DNA of 64,000 bases. Origin: an uncultured Bacillales bacterium. Lineage in GTDB: Bacteria; Bacillota_I; Bacilli_A; RFN20; CAG-826. A model generated the notes under the pieces. It was given only the letters and a program-made list of their open reading frames with translations, was not told the DNA's origin and ran no database searches. How positions within the stretch are numbered: the stretch's first letter is position 1; each line of letters starts with the position of its first letter. The stretch covers positions 44,499 through 108,498 of the forward strand of contig CAMUVS010000001.1 in the NCBI GenBank assembly GCA_947164155.1, given 5' to 3'. The position numbers were made by a program, and so were the translations under genes. Of the stretch, positions 19,299 to 31,921 are shown one piece after another.

Positions 19299-20423
19299 TT
19301 ACTTCTTCCAGATTTCTTTGTTTACAACATCAATTTTTGATTTAATGTGATTTACCACTCTATTTGAGACATCTGTAACATCGTAGTTTTCTGGTGTCTT
19401 AGCGAATTTATATCTCATTAATTCAGCATCAATCGCTAGCATAATGCCTTGTCTATCAATTCCAGAAACAACAATGCTTCCTGCTTCTACTCCTTCAGGT
19501 CTTTCAGTAGATGTTCTAATTAAAACAGCAGGAAAATGTCTCATTGCGCTTTCTTCAGTAAGAGTGCCACTATCACTTAAAACGATAAAAGCATTCTCTT
19601 GAAGTTTAACGTATTCTAAGAAACCTAATGGTTTTAAGTTTCTCACTAATGGATGCATTTTAAAGTTATTCGCCTCTAATCTTTTCTTAGTTCTTGGATG
19701 AGTAGAGAAAATAACAGGCATTTGATATTTTTCCGCAATATCATTAATTGCAGGCATCAATTGATTAAAATTCTTTTCAATATCGATATTTTCTTCTCTA
19801 TGAGAAGAGACAACAATATATTTACCTTTTTCTAATCCTAATTCTTCTAATACTTTGCTTGCTTCAATTTTATGATTTTGAGCATTTAAGACTTCAAGCA
19901 TTGGGGAGCCTGTTACAAATGTATACTCTTTTTCAATGCCTTCTTTCATTAAATTCGCATATGCGTGATTAGTATAAGGAAGATTAATATCAGAAATATG
20001 GTCCACTATTTTTCTATTAATGGTTTCTGGAACGTTCCAGTCACCACATCTATTACCAGCTTCCATGTGGAAGATAGGTAATTTTAATCTTTTAGCTGAG
20101 ATTGCACATAAAGCAGAATTAGTGTCACCTAAAATTAACACAGCATCTGGATTTAATTCTTTTAATAAATCGTAAGATTTAGATATTGCATTACCAATAG
20201 TCTCACCTAAATTTTTACCTGCGCAGTTTAGATAATAATCAGGCGCTCTTAAATCTAATTCTTCAAAGAAGATTTGATTTAATTCGTAGTCATAGTTTTG
20301 ACCGGTATGAACTAAGATATGATCAATTTCTTCGTCTTTATCTAAAGCTTTAATAACTTCAGATAATCTTATAATCTCTGGACGAGTTCCAATAATTGTT
20401 ACTACTTTAATTTTCTTTTTCAT
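19299..20423 (-). CDS. fnlC: UDP-N-acetylglucosamine 2-epimerase, non-hydrolysing (Cap5G/FnlC-like)
   Basis: 374 aa. It is alignable along its length to S. aureus Cap5G from memory (TIIGTRPEIIRLS, HTGQNYDYELNQIFF, PIFHMEAGNRC, PVIFSTHPR). Confidence 0.8.
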   Translation of the reverse strand: MKKKIKVVTIIGTRPEIIRLSEVIKALDKDEEIDHILVHTGQNYDYELNQIFFEELDLRAPDYYLNCAGKNLGETIGNAISKSYDLLKELNPDAVLILGDTNSALCAISAKRLKLPIFHMEAGNRCGDWNVPETINRKIVDHISDINLPYTNHAYANLMKEGIEKEYTFVTGSPMLEVLNAQNHKIEASKVLEELGLEKGKYIVVSSHREENIDIEKNFNQLMPAINDIAEKYQMPVIFSTHPRTKKRLEANNFKMHPLVRNLKPLGFLEYVKLQENAFIVLSDSGTLTEESAMRHFPAVLIRTSTERPEGVEAGSIVVSGIDRQGIMLAIDAELMRYKFAKTPENYDVTDVSNRVVNHIKSKIDVVNKEIWKK

Positions 20424-21544
20424 TTGTCTACCTCTTCTTTATATGTATCGTGGGTCTCTGGATTATATATTTCACTAATCCACATTATAGTGTGTGTGTT
20501 TATTTTACCAATATTGGTAATTTGGTGGGTATAGCCTACTTGAATTTCAATTGGTTCAGGTTTATCTCCACTAACTTTATTAACAATCATCTCATTAGTT
20601 TTGATGTTTCTTTGTTTTATTTCACTTTCTCCAATCACAGTATAAAAGATTTCTTTTTTATAAGTGTGATAATGCCCACCTTTGGTGATACCAGGATAGG
20701 CTACATTATCAGATATTTGTCCCCACTTTTTAGATTTATATAATTCTTCGAAACTTCCACGGGCATCTTCGGCAAAATTATATGTATATCCATCTTCAGA
20801 AAGATAGTCGCAGAAAGTTTTAAATAATTTTAGTTCAAATTCATCATGAATGAGTGGTAGGTGTCTATCTGATTCAATTTCTTTTTTAAAGTAATAGAGA
20901 AGATCCGCTAATTTACCAAGTGAACAATCATAAACTGGTTTTACTTTTAAAATTTCTTTCGAACCTCTTATATCACTTTTAATGACTCTAATAAACTCAC
21001 CAACGATATCATCTACATAATTATAGTGAACAACATATTCCCTATCTCTAATAGTGATATCTAAGTCATGAGCAATGTTATAGCAGAATGTCGCGGCTGC
21101 AGAATTGTAATTTGGTCGGCACCATTTGCCAAAAACATTAGCGAGACGATAGACAAAAACAGGTAACCCAGAATTTAGTAAATAATCCTCTCCCATTTTT
21201 TTACTTTTTCCATAATCATTATCAAGTTCTGCTTGAGTTGAACTTGACATAATTACGCGTAGCTCCGCGCCTCTTTTTGCTTTAATTAGGTCAATTAAGC
21301 ACTTTGTAAAATTAGTGTTTCCTTCATAAAACTCTTCTACAGTTAAAGGTCGATTTATGCCTGCTAAATGAACAACAAAATCACATTCACTAATGTACTT
21401 ATCTAAATCTTCTTTTTTTGAATCAAGATCATATTTAAAAACAGTAAAACCAAGTCTTTCTAGTTTAAGACAAAGGTGTTTTCCAATAAATCCTTTTGCG
21501 CCTGTAACTAAAATCTTATTCATGTTGTCTAACTGGCCCACCAA
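20420..21544 (-). CDS. fnlB: Cap5F/FnlB-like bifunctional reductase/epimerase (UDP-L-FucNAc pathway)
   Basis: 374 aa. It has an N-terminal Rossmann SDR motif (VTGAKGFIGKHL), ANVFGKWCRPNYNSAAATFCYNIA and a C-terminal cupin (PGITKGGHYH). All match the Cap5F architecture. Confidence 0.75.
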   Translation of the reverse strand: MVGQLDNMNKILVTGAKGFIGKHLCLKLERLGFTVFKYDLDSKKEDLDKYISECDFVVHLAGINRPLTVEEFYEGNTNFTKCLIDLIKAKRGAELRVIMSSSTQAELDNDYGKSKKMGEDYLLNSGLPVFVYRLANVFGKWCRPNYNSAAATFCYNIAHDLDITIRDREYVVHYNYVDDIVGEFIRVIKSDIRGSKEILKVKPVYDCSLGKLADLLYYFKKEIESDRHLPLIHDEFELKLFKTFCDYLSEDGYTYNFAEDARGSFEELYKSKKWGQISDNVAYPGITKGGHYHTYKKEIFYTVIGESEIKQRNIKTNEMIVNKVSGDKPEPIEIQVGYTHQITNIGKINTHTIMWISEIYNPETHDTYKEEVDK

Positions 21545-22709
21545 ATAATTCTAATTTTTTAAGGAGTTGTTTCATTCCTTCAACATCTAATCTGCCAGTG
21601 TTATGAGAAGTATAGCTTTCGCCTAAATTTAATTTCTTATTTCCCTTAGAGAAATATTTATCATAGTTAAGATCGCGGTTATCCGCTTTAATACAGAAGA
21701 AATTACCCATATCTACGGATTTAAGCATCTCTTCTTGTGTGACGAGAGTTTCGTATAATTTTTCTCCGTGTCTAGTTCCAATATATGAAACACCAGTTTT
21801 AGAACCAGTTAATTCAATAACTGCTTTAGCAAGTGTTTCGATTGTAGCAGCAGGTGCTTTTTGGACAAATAAATCACCTTGCTCTCCGTGTTCAAAGGCA
21901 TATAGCACTAAATCGACCGCATCATCCAAAGTCATCATAAATCTAGTCATATCTGGATTAGTAATGGTGATTGGTTTACCTTCGTGGATTTGATTTAAGA
22001 ATAATGGAATAACCGAACCTCTAGAAGCCATAACGTTTCCATATCTAGTTAGACAAAGCACTGTATCTCCTGGAAGAAGTTGTCTACTTCTAGCAATAAC
22101 ATTCTTTTCCATTAAAGCTTTAGAAATACCCATCGCATTAATTGGATAAGCGGCCTTATCTGTAGATAAGAAGATAGCCTTCTTAACTCCATTACGTACA
22201 CAAGCAGTAATAACGTTATCACTACCAATTACATTAGTTCTCACAGCTTCCATTGGATAGAATTCACAAGATGGCACTTGTTTTAAAGCAGCTGCAGAGA
22301 AAACATAATCAACACCTTTAAAGGCATCAATAATAGAATCAAGATTTCTCACATCACCAATATAAAATTTAAGTTTAGAGTTATTATATGCTTTACGCAT
22401 ATCATCTTGTTTCTTTTCATCTCGAGATAAGATTCTTATTTCTTTAATCTCACTATCTAAAAAACGGTCCACAACGGCGTGACCAAAACTACCAGTACCA
22501 CCAGTAATTAATAAAACTTTATCTTTTAAAATAGAAGTATCTTTAGCAGCGTATTCCATTAAGCGATCTTTAATACCTTCTAATTTAATTTGATCAGCGT
22601 CTTTTTCTTTAGTTTCATAATCAACATAAGTTCTTAAAGGCATGCCAACAACGTCGGCAGCTTTCTTTTGAGTTAATTTGCAATTTTTGCGTATTTCTTT
22701 AAGTGTCAT
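21516..22709 (-). CDS. fnlA: UDP-GlcNAc 4,6-dehydratase/5-epimerase (Cap5E/FnlA-like) with an N-terminal XRE-type HTH extension of about 60 aa
   Basis: Residues 65-397 match Cap5E closely (LLITGGTGSFGHAV, DEKKQDDMRKAYNNSKLKFYIGDVR, LSTDKAAYPINAMGISKA). Residues 1-45 (TLKEIRKNCKLTQKKAADVVGMPLRTYVDYE) form an XRE/Cro-like HTH. The upstream ATG has a GAGG RBS (spacer 8) and a TATAAT box, whereas the internal Met51 does not. Confidence 0.75.
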   Translation of the reverse strand: MTLKEIRKNCKLTQKKAADVVGMPLRTYVDYETKEKDADQIKLEGIKDRLMEYAAKDTSILKDKVLLITGGTGSFGHAVVDRFLDSEIKEIRILSRDEKKQDDMRKAYNNSKLKFYIGDVRNLDSIIDAFKGVDYVFSAAALKQVPSCEFYPMEAVRTNVIGSDNVITACVRNGVKKAIFLSTDKAAYPINAMGISKALMEKNVIARSRQLLPGDTVLCLTRYGNVMASRGSVIPLFLNQIHEGKPITITNPDMTRFMMTLDDAVDLVLYAFEHGEQGDLFVQKAPAATIETLAKAVIELTGSKTGVSYIGTRHGEKLYETLVTQEEMLKSVDMGNFFCIKADNRDLNYDKYFSKGNKKLNLGESYTSHNTGRLDVEGMKQLLKKLELFGGPVRQHE

Positions 22710-22747
22710 AATACAAACCTCGGCATTATATTAATATATATAAGATT

Positions 22748-22776
22748 AAATATAAATAAAAAAGTGCAAATTCTGC
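22748..22776 (-). terminator. Terminator after the beta-flower-like gene
   Basis: On the minus strand, AGTGCAGAATTTGCACT is followed by TTTTTATTTAT. Confidence 0.5.
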
Positions 22777-22781
22777 ACTTC

Positions 22782-23174
22782 TTAATATTTTTCTTCAAAT
22801 AGCAACGTAAGAGCGAACATTAATTCGATTCGAGATAGGCTACCATCAATTTTATATAAGATTCTACCATATATATCTTTGATATAATTGTCTTCAACTT
22901 TGTATTCATCCATCCCTGCAAAATGTCTTAAGCGATTATTTCTAAATTGAAGAATTATTCTTCCATAAAAATCTTTTATATCGTCTCCTTCGATTTTATA
23001 GATAATTCTTCCTGAGAATTCTTTTAAGTAATTTCCATCGATTTTGTAATCAATCATCCCACCAAACTTTTTGATGTAGCCACCATTGATTTGAACATAA
23101 ATACGTCCTGAAAATTCTTTTATATTTGTCATGCTCAAATTATAACAAAAAACCTTCTCATAATGAGAAGGCAA
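22782..23174 (-). CDS. Small tandem-repeat protein, 4-fold beta-flower-like (six repeats of about 16 aa, [IL]K.F.GRI.YKI.G.Y)
   Basis: 130 aa with internal periodicity: IKEFSGRIYVQINGGY, IKKFGGMIDYKIDGNY, LKEFSGRIIYKIEGDD, IKDFYGRIILQFRNNR, LRHFAGMDEYKVEDNY, IKDIYGRILYKIDGS. Confidence 0.45.
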   Translation of the reverse strand: MPSHYEKVFCYNLSMTNIKEFSGRIYVQINGGYIKKFGGMIDYKIDGNYLKEFSGRIIYKIEGDDIKDFYGRIILQFRNNRLRHFAGMDEYKVEDNYIKDIYGRILYKIDGSLSRIELMFALTLLFEEKY

Positions 23175-23193
23175 TTTGTATTAGTTTAAGAAA

Positions 23194-24477
23194 TTATTTC
23201 TTAATAGGTCTAATAACTTCAAGTCCGCCCATGAATGGTCTTAAGACTTCAGGAACAACAACAGAACCATCTTCTTGTTGATATTGCTCTAAGATTGCAG
23301 GGAAGACACGGCTAGTAGCAAGTCCAGATGCGTTTAAAGTATGAACAAATCTAGTTTTACCAGTAGCAGAATCTCTATATCTCACTCTTCCACGTCTAGC
23401 TTGATAGTCTCTAGCATTACTAGCAGAGCTAACTTCTTTGTAAATACCAATTGAAGGGATATAAACTTCAATATCGTAAGTTCTCGCCATTGAATGAGAA
23501 ATATCTCCAGCAGCTAATTTAGAAATTTGGAAATGTAATCCGAGTTTTTCAACTAAAGAGGCGGCTTTTCCTACCAATTCTTCAAAAGCTTTATCACTAT
23601 CTTCTGGTTTGGTATATTGGACCATCTCAACTTTATCGAATTGATATCCTCTAATCATTCCTCTTTCTTCAGTTCGATAGCTACCAGCTTCTCTTCTATA
23701 ACATGGAGTATAGGCAAAATATTTTTTAGGAAGATCATCTTCACTCATAATCTCATCTCTATGAAGATTAACTAAAGCAGTTTCTGCAGTAGGAAGAAGG
23801 AATCTTTGTGGTTCTAATCCTTCAAGCCAGAAAACATCTTCTCTAAATTTTGGGAATTGTCCCGCAACATATCCACTTTGTTCGTTTAATAAATGTGGAG
23901 GTAGTATAAATTCATATCCATCTTTTAAATGCTCAGAAATGAAGAAATTGAGTAATGCCCATTCGAGTTGAGCGCCTAAATTTGTATAGATCCAGCTGCC
24001 TCTACCAGCCACTTTAGCACCACGATCATAATCGACTAATCCTAAAGAGGTAGCAAGTTCGACATGGTCCTTCATTTTAAAGTTAAATTCAGGCTTTTTG
24101 CCATAGACATGAATGACCTTATTATTTTCTTTACCACCACCAACTAAATCGTCATCAGGAATGTTTGGTAAAGCTTCAAGAAATTCGGTCATTTTAGCGG
24201 AAATTTGCTCTAATTTTGCTTCAAATTCGGCATTTTTCTTGGCAATTTCTTTAACTTGCATAAAGATTTTTGAAACATCTTCGCCAGCCTTTTTAGCGGC
24301 AGGGACAGATGCGGAAAGTCTATTCATTTCCGCTTTGTTATCTTCAACTACTTTTAAGAGTTCTCTTTTTTCTTTGTCCCAAGAAAGTAGTTCAGTAAAA
24401 TCGGTGTCCCAAAGTTTCTTTTTGAGAGCCTCTTTTACATATTCTGGTTTTTCTCTAATTAAATTAATATCTAACAT
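23194..24477 (-). CDS. serS: Seryl-tRNA synthetase
   Basis: 427 aa. It has an N-terminal coiled-coil arm and the class II aaRS core motifs. It is in the canonical position downstream of gyrA. No T-box leader, because the gap to gyrA is only 38 nt. Confidence 0.93.
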   Translation of the reverse strand: MLDINLIREKPEYVKEALKKKLWDTDFTELLSWDKEKRELLKVVEDNKAEMNRLSASVPAAKKAGEDVSKIFMQVKEIAKKNAEFEAKLEQISAKMTEFLEALPNIPDDDLVGGGKENNKVIHVYGKKPEFNFKMKDHVELATSLGLVDYDRGAKVAGRGSWIYTNLGAQLEWALLNFFISEHLKDGYEFILPPHLLNEQSGYVAGQFPKFREDVFWLEGLEPQRFLLPTAETALVNLHRDEIMSEDDLPKKYFAYTPCYRREAGSYRTEERGMIRGYQFDKVEMVQYTKPEDSDKAFEELVGKAASLVEKLGLHFQISKLAAGDISHSMARTYDIEVYIPSIGIYKEVSSASNARDYQARRGRVRYRDSATGKTRFVHTLNASGLATSRVFPAILEQYQQEDGSVVVPEVLRPFMGGLEVIRPIKK

Positions 24478-24515
24478 ACTATTTATGTCCTTTTTATAAC
24501 AAATAATTAGGTTAA

Positions 24516-27137
24516 TTATTCTAATGAAGTATCTTTGAATTCTTCACTTGCTGGAGCTTCTTCAGCACTGGCTTCTTCAGCTTCAACTTCGCCTTCTTCA
24601 GATGGTTCTTCATGTGGAACAATAGCGATAGAAACGATCTTTTGTCTGCCTTCTAAGTTCATAATCTTCACGCCAGAAGTATTTCTACCACAAATTCTTA
24701 CTTGAGCAAGTGGAGTTCTGATAACAATACCAGCGGAAGTAATACACATTAAGTCATCTTCTAATGAAACAGCTCTAACTGCGATTAAATCACCAACTTT
24801 ATCAGTAGCTTTTAAGGTTGTAACACCTTTAGCACCACGTTTTGTGATTCTATAAGTGGTATCTCCATCAGCGTCAAAGACAGGTGTAAGTTTACCAAAT
24901 CCTTTAGAAGTCATCGCTAAGATATATTCACCTTCTAAGGATGTAGTAACACCAACAACTTCTTCATTTTCAGCGAGTTCAATACCTTTAACACCACTAG
25001 CGGTACGGCCCATTGGTCTAACTTCTGCGCCTTTAAAGTTCACCATCTTGGAATTACTTGCCGCAATACCAATAATTGTATCTTCATGAACTTCTTTAAC
25101 TGCGAATAAGGTATCGCCTTCTCTCATAGAGATAGCGATCTTACCGTTTTGACGGATAGATTCATATTCGCTGATAAGTGTTTTCTTAACCACACCTTTT
25201 TTAGTGAAAAACATTAAGTAGTGATCTTCTTGATATTCATCACAAGCAATAATTGCTTTAACATTTTCACCTTTTTCGATGTTGATTAAGTTAATAATTG
25301 GTACACCTTTACTAGCTTTAGAGAATTCTGGAATCATATAACCACGAATTCTATAGACTTTACCGAAATCGGTAAAGAAGAGTAAGTCAGTGTGGGTTTT
25401 GGTATAAACCATATTATCCACGATATCGTTTTCATTAGTGGACATACCTCTAACACCTCTACCACCTCTATTTTGAGCTTTGAAGGAATCAGATGTTAAT
25501 CTCTTAACATATCCACCACGAGTAATAGCGACAACGATATTTTCTTGTGGGATTAAATCTTCATCATCGATGTTAGCGGCATCATTAGTGATTTCAGTTC
25601 TACGCGCATCTGCGTATTTCTCTTTAATTTCTAATAATTCTCTAACAACAACTTCGATTTCGTTTTCTCTGCTAGAAAGAATGTGATTGTATTCTTTAAT
25701 ATTAGCTTCAAGTTGAGCTTTTTCAGCTTCTAACTTATCGGTTTCAATACCAGTTAATCTTCTTAAAGTCATCGCCAAAATTGCTTGAACTTGAGCTTCA
25801 GAGAATTGATATTTTTCCATTAAGACAACAGTCGCGTCTTCTGGAGTTTTACTAGCCTTAATAATATCAACAATTTCATCGATATTATCGTGACATTTAA
25901 TTAAACCAGAAACGATATGATGTCTTTCTTCATCTTTTCTTAATAAGAACTTTGTTCTTCTTTCAATAACTTCGACTTGGAAATCAAGGTAAGTTTGTAA
26001 AAGAGTTCTTAAAGGAGCGATTTTTGGAGCGCCATCAATTAAGCAGAGCATAATAATGCCGTAGCTAGTTTGTAAGGATGTATTTTTATAAAGTTGGTTG
26101 AGTAAAACTTCAGGAATGATGTCTCTTCTAACTTCAATAACAATACGAATACCTTTCTTATTGGTTTCATCTCTAACTTCGGTAATGCCGTCCACTACTT
26201 TATCTCTAGCGAGTTGAGCAATGGATTCTACTAAAGTAGCTTTGTTGAGTCCATAAGGGATTTCATCAACGATAATACGTTTTAATCCGTGCTCGCCTCT
26301 TTCTTCAATGTGGCATTTTGCTCTTAAACCAATACTACCAGTACCAGTTTCATAAGCATCTTTAATGCCGCCTCTTCCTAAAATAAGAGCACCAGTTGGG
26401 AAATCTGGACCTTTAACATATTGCATTAATTCAAGGGTGGAGATTTCTGGGTTATGAGCAATAGCAACAACCCCGTCAATTACTTCACCTAAATTGTGTG
26501 GTGGAATATTAGTGGCCATACCTACGGCAATACCACTAGAACCATTGACTAATAAGTTAGGGAATCTAGATGGTAATACGCTTGGTTCTTGTTCACTACC
26601 ATCATAATTGTCGACAAAGTCGACAACATCGCAGTCAATGTCTCTAACCATTTCTAGAGCAATCTTAGTCATTCTAGATTCGGTATATCTCATAGCAGCT
26701 GGTTCATCACCATCGATACTACCAAAGTTACCATGTCCATCGACTAAGCAGTGTCTCATATTCCAATCTTGAGCAAATCTTGCTAAAGATAAATAAATTG
26801 CGGAGTCACCATGTGGGTGATATTTACCCATGACATCACCAACGATACGAGCAGATTTGACGTGTGGTTTATCAGGAGTAATTCCAGATTCATCCATGCC
26901 GTAGATAATTCTTCTATGGACAGGTTTTAATCCATCTCTAGCGTCTGGAATAGCACGGGAGACGATAACACTCATTGCGTAATCAAGGAAGGATTCTTTG
27001 ACGATATCAACAGTGTTAACATCTTTTAAGCCAGAGACAATACCAGCCTCGATTTTTTCGAGTTCTTCTTCGTTAACTTCAGTTTCTTCTTCAGATTCTG
27101 CAGCTTCGTTTTCTAGCTTTTCTTCTTCGAGCAACAT
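24516..27137 (-). CDS. gyrA: DNA gyrase subunit A
   Basis: 873 aa. The active-site region (…[23 protein letters not shown]…) and C-terminal beta-pinwheel repeats are present. It has an acidic N-terminal extension of about 35 aa and an acidic C-terminal tail. Confidence 0.95.
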   Translation of the reverse strand: MLLEEEKLENEAAESEEETEVNEEELEKIEAGIVSGLKDVNTVDIVKESFLDYAMSVIVSRAIPDARDGLKPVHRRIIYGMDESGITPDKPHVKSARIVGDVMGKYHPHGDSAIYLSLARFAQDWNMRHCLVDGHGNFGSIDGDEPAAMRYTESRMTKIALEMVRDIDCDVVDFVDNYDGSEQEPSVLPSRFPNLLVNGSSGIAVGMATNIPPHNLGEVIDGVVAIAHNPEISTLELMQYVKGPDFPTGALILGRGGIKDAYETGTGSIGLRAKCHIEERGEHGLKRIIVDEIPYGLNKATLVESIAQLARDKVVDGITEVRDETNKKGIRIVIEVRRDIIPEVLLNQLYKNTSLQTSYGIIMLCLIDGAPKIAPLRTLLQTYLDFQVEVIERRTKFLLRKDEERHHIVSGLIKCHDNIDEIVDIIKASKTPEDATVVLMEKYQFSEAQVQAILAMTLRRLTGIETDKLEAEKAQLEANIKEYNHILSSRENEIEVVVRELLEIKEKYADARRTEITNDAANIDDEDLIPQENIVVAITRGGYVKRLTSDSFKAQNRGGRGVRGMSTNENDIVDNMVYTKTHTDLLFFTDFGKVYRIRGYMIPEFSKASKGVPIINLINIEKGENVKAIIACDEYQEDHYLMFFTKKGVVKKTLISEYESIRQNGKIAISMREGDTLFAVKEVHEDTIIGIAASNSKMVNFKGAEVRPMGRTASGVKGIELAENEEVVGVTTSLEGEYILAMTSKGFGKLTPVFDADGDTTYRITKRGAKGVTTLKATDKVGDLIAVRAVSLEDDLMCITSAGIVIRTPLAQVRICGRNTSGVKIMNLEGRQKIVSIAIVPHEEPSEEGEVEAEEASAEEAPASEEFKDTSLE

Positions 27138-27156
27138 AACTTTTTCCCTCCTTTGA

Positions 27157-30281
<3,125 letters not shown>

Positions 30282-30283
30282 GG

Positions 30284-30502
30284 TTATTCAACAATTAACT
30301 CAATTTTGTTTACTTTCACCACATCGCCACGATATAGCTTGCGGCCTCTTCGAGTATCTCTTTCTCCGTTGATGTAAACCTCATTTTCATTTAAGAACAT
30401 TTTGGCGTATCCGCCAGTATCGATAATACCTGCCACTTTGAGCAAATTTCCAAGCTCAATATACTCTTGATCGTCATGAATCTTAATTCTCTTTAGTGAC
30501 AT
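30284..30502 (-). CDS. yaaA: S4-domain RNA-binding protein YaaA
   Basis: It is an S4 fold (…NGERDTRRGRKLYRGDVVKV…) sitting between dnaN and recF, as in Firmicutes. The start is trimmed to the ATG at 30502 (MSLKRIKIHDD...) from the longer track ORF. Confidence 0.65.
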   Translation of the reverse strand: MSLKRIKIHDDQEYIELGNLLKVAGIIDTGGYAKMFLNENEVYINGERDTRRGRKLYRGDVVKVNKIELIVE

Positions 30503-30653
30503 AAAACGTTCCTGTAAGGTATTATACACGATATAAATGGAAAATGGAATAATATATTCCATAAAATATTATACGTCTTAAACAGGCGTTTTTGAGCATT
30601 AAAAAAGGCACCAGCATAACAGCTGGTACCTAAATAAGTTTTAAATTGGGAAA

Positions 30654-31778
30654 TTAATAGGTTCTAACAGGGGTGACGATTTGGACCACTGATTCATCTT
30701 CAGGATTTTTAATCACAAATGGCTTCATTTCACCAACAAATAAGAATGTCACATCTTCACTATTTAAGGCCTTAATTGCTGAAGAAACAAACTCACTATT
30801 AAAACTGATTTGTAGGTTACTTCCTGTGAATTTAAAGACGTCAAGTTTTTCGCTAGCAGAACCAACTTGAGTGGATTTAGCACTAATTTCAACTACGTCT
30901 TCAGACAAACTTAAGTCAACAACATTTTCTCTATCGATAGAAAGAATATTGACTCTGTCAATTGCCTTTAAGAAATCTGAGGCATTAACTTGTAATTCGT
31001 AGTTTGTAATACGCGGAACAATATTTTTGGTGTTTGGATAATCGCCAGCAATTAATCTAGTAGCAACAACAGTTGAATCAAATTCAAATAACGCTTTCTT
31101 ATCAGAAAGAGCTACCTTAACTGAGTCAGCGTTTTCTAATAAGTGATCAACTTCCACCATCATCTTTGCAGGAACATTAGCAGAGAATCTTAAATCGGTA
31201 GATATAGAAATTTGTTTTCTAGCTAATCTAGCGCTATCGGTTGTAGTGGCTGTTAAAACCCCATCAGCGGCTTCTAAATTAATTGCAGTTAAAATAGGTC
31301 TTTGTTCTTTTAAAGAAGCAGCAAAAGCGGTTTGAGATACTAAAGACGAGAATTCTATATGTGTGAGATTAATTTGAATTCCATTTGGTTCTAAATCAAT
31401 ATCAGGATATTCATTTGCTTTGATACAATTTAAATTATATTTAATCTTACCAGCTGTAATCACTGCAATTGTTGAATCAACCACTTCAAAATTGATTTCA
31501 TCCACATCAATCTTTCTAGCCATATCAGTAATGATTTTAGCGTTAACAAGTGTTGCACCTTCTTTAGTGTTTCTAATGATTTCCACATCATTACGTGTGT
31601 ATGGAACAGTAGTTTTAATGGTTAATTCATAGTTACTACCTGTAATAGATAATCCTTTTTCATTTAATTCAAGTTTTAAATTAGCTAAAACAGGAACAGC
31701 AGATGATTTTGAATTTACTGCTCTACCTGCAATTAACAAGGCTTTTAATAATTCATCTCTTTTGATTACAAATCTCAT
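30654..31778 (-). CDS. dnaN: DNA polymerase III beta sliding clamp
   Basis: 374 aa with a three-domain beta-clamp pattern, located immediately downstream of dnaA. Confidence 0.9.
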   Translation of the reverse strand: MRFVIKRDELLKALLIAGRAVNSKSSAVPVLANLKLELNEKGLSITGSNYELTIKTTVPYTRNDVEIIRNTKEGATLVNAKIITDMARKIDVDEINFEVVDSTIAVITAGKIKYNLNCIKANEYPDIDLEPNGIQINLTHIEFSSLVSQTAFAASLKEQRPILTAINLEAADGVLTATTTDSARLARKQISISTDLRFSANVPAKMMVEVDHLLENADSVKVALSDKKALFEFDSTVVATRLIAGDYPNTKNIVPRITNYELQVNASDFLKAIDRVNILSIDRENVVDLSLSEDVVEISAKSTQVGSASEKLDVFKFTGSNLQISFNSEFVSSAIKALNSEDVTFLFVGEMKPFVIKNPEDESVVQIVTPVRTY

Positions 31779-31831
31779 GATTTAATACCTTCTTTTTTAT
31801 TTATATTATTTATAATAATAATTATTATGTG

Positions 31832-31849
31832 TGTGGATAATGTGGATAA
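31832..31849. promoter_or_regulatory. Tandem perfect DnaA boxes (TGTGGATAA twice) in the dnaA-dnaN intergenic region
   Basis: GTGTGGATAATGTGGATAAC contains two copies of the reverse complement of TTATCCACA. This is the second half of a bipartite oriC. Confidence 0.65.
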
Positions 31850-31921
31850 CTCGTTAAGCACTTATTAGATTTATTCTATCACACATCAGATTTTACTAAC
31901 TATTTATTTTTAATAAATCTT

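Noticed and set aside
24478-24515. T-box leader upstream of serS
   Set aside because: The gap to the gyrA stop is only 38 nt. serS appears cotranscribed with gyrA, and no specifier or T-box sequence is possible in that space.
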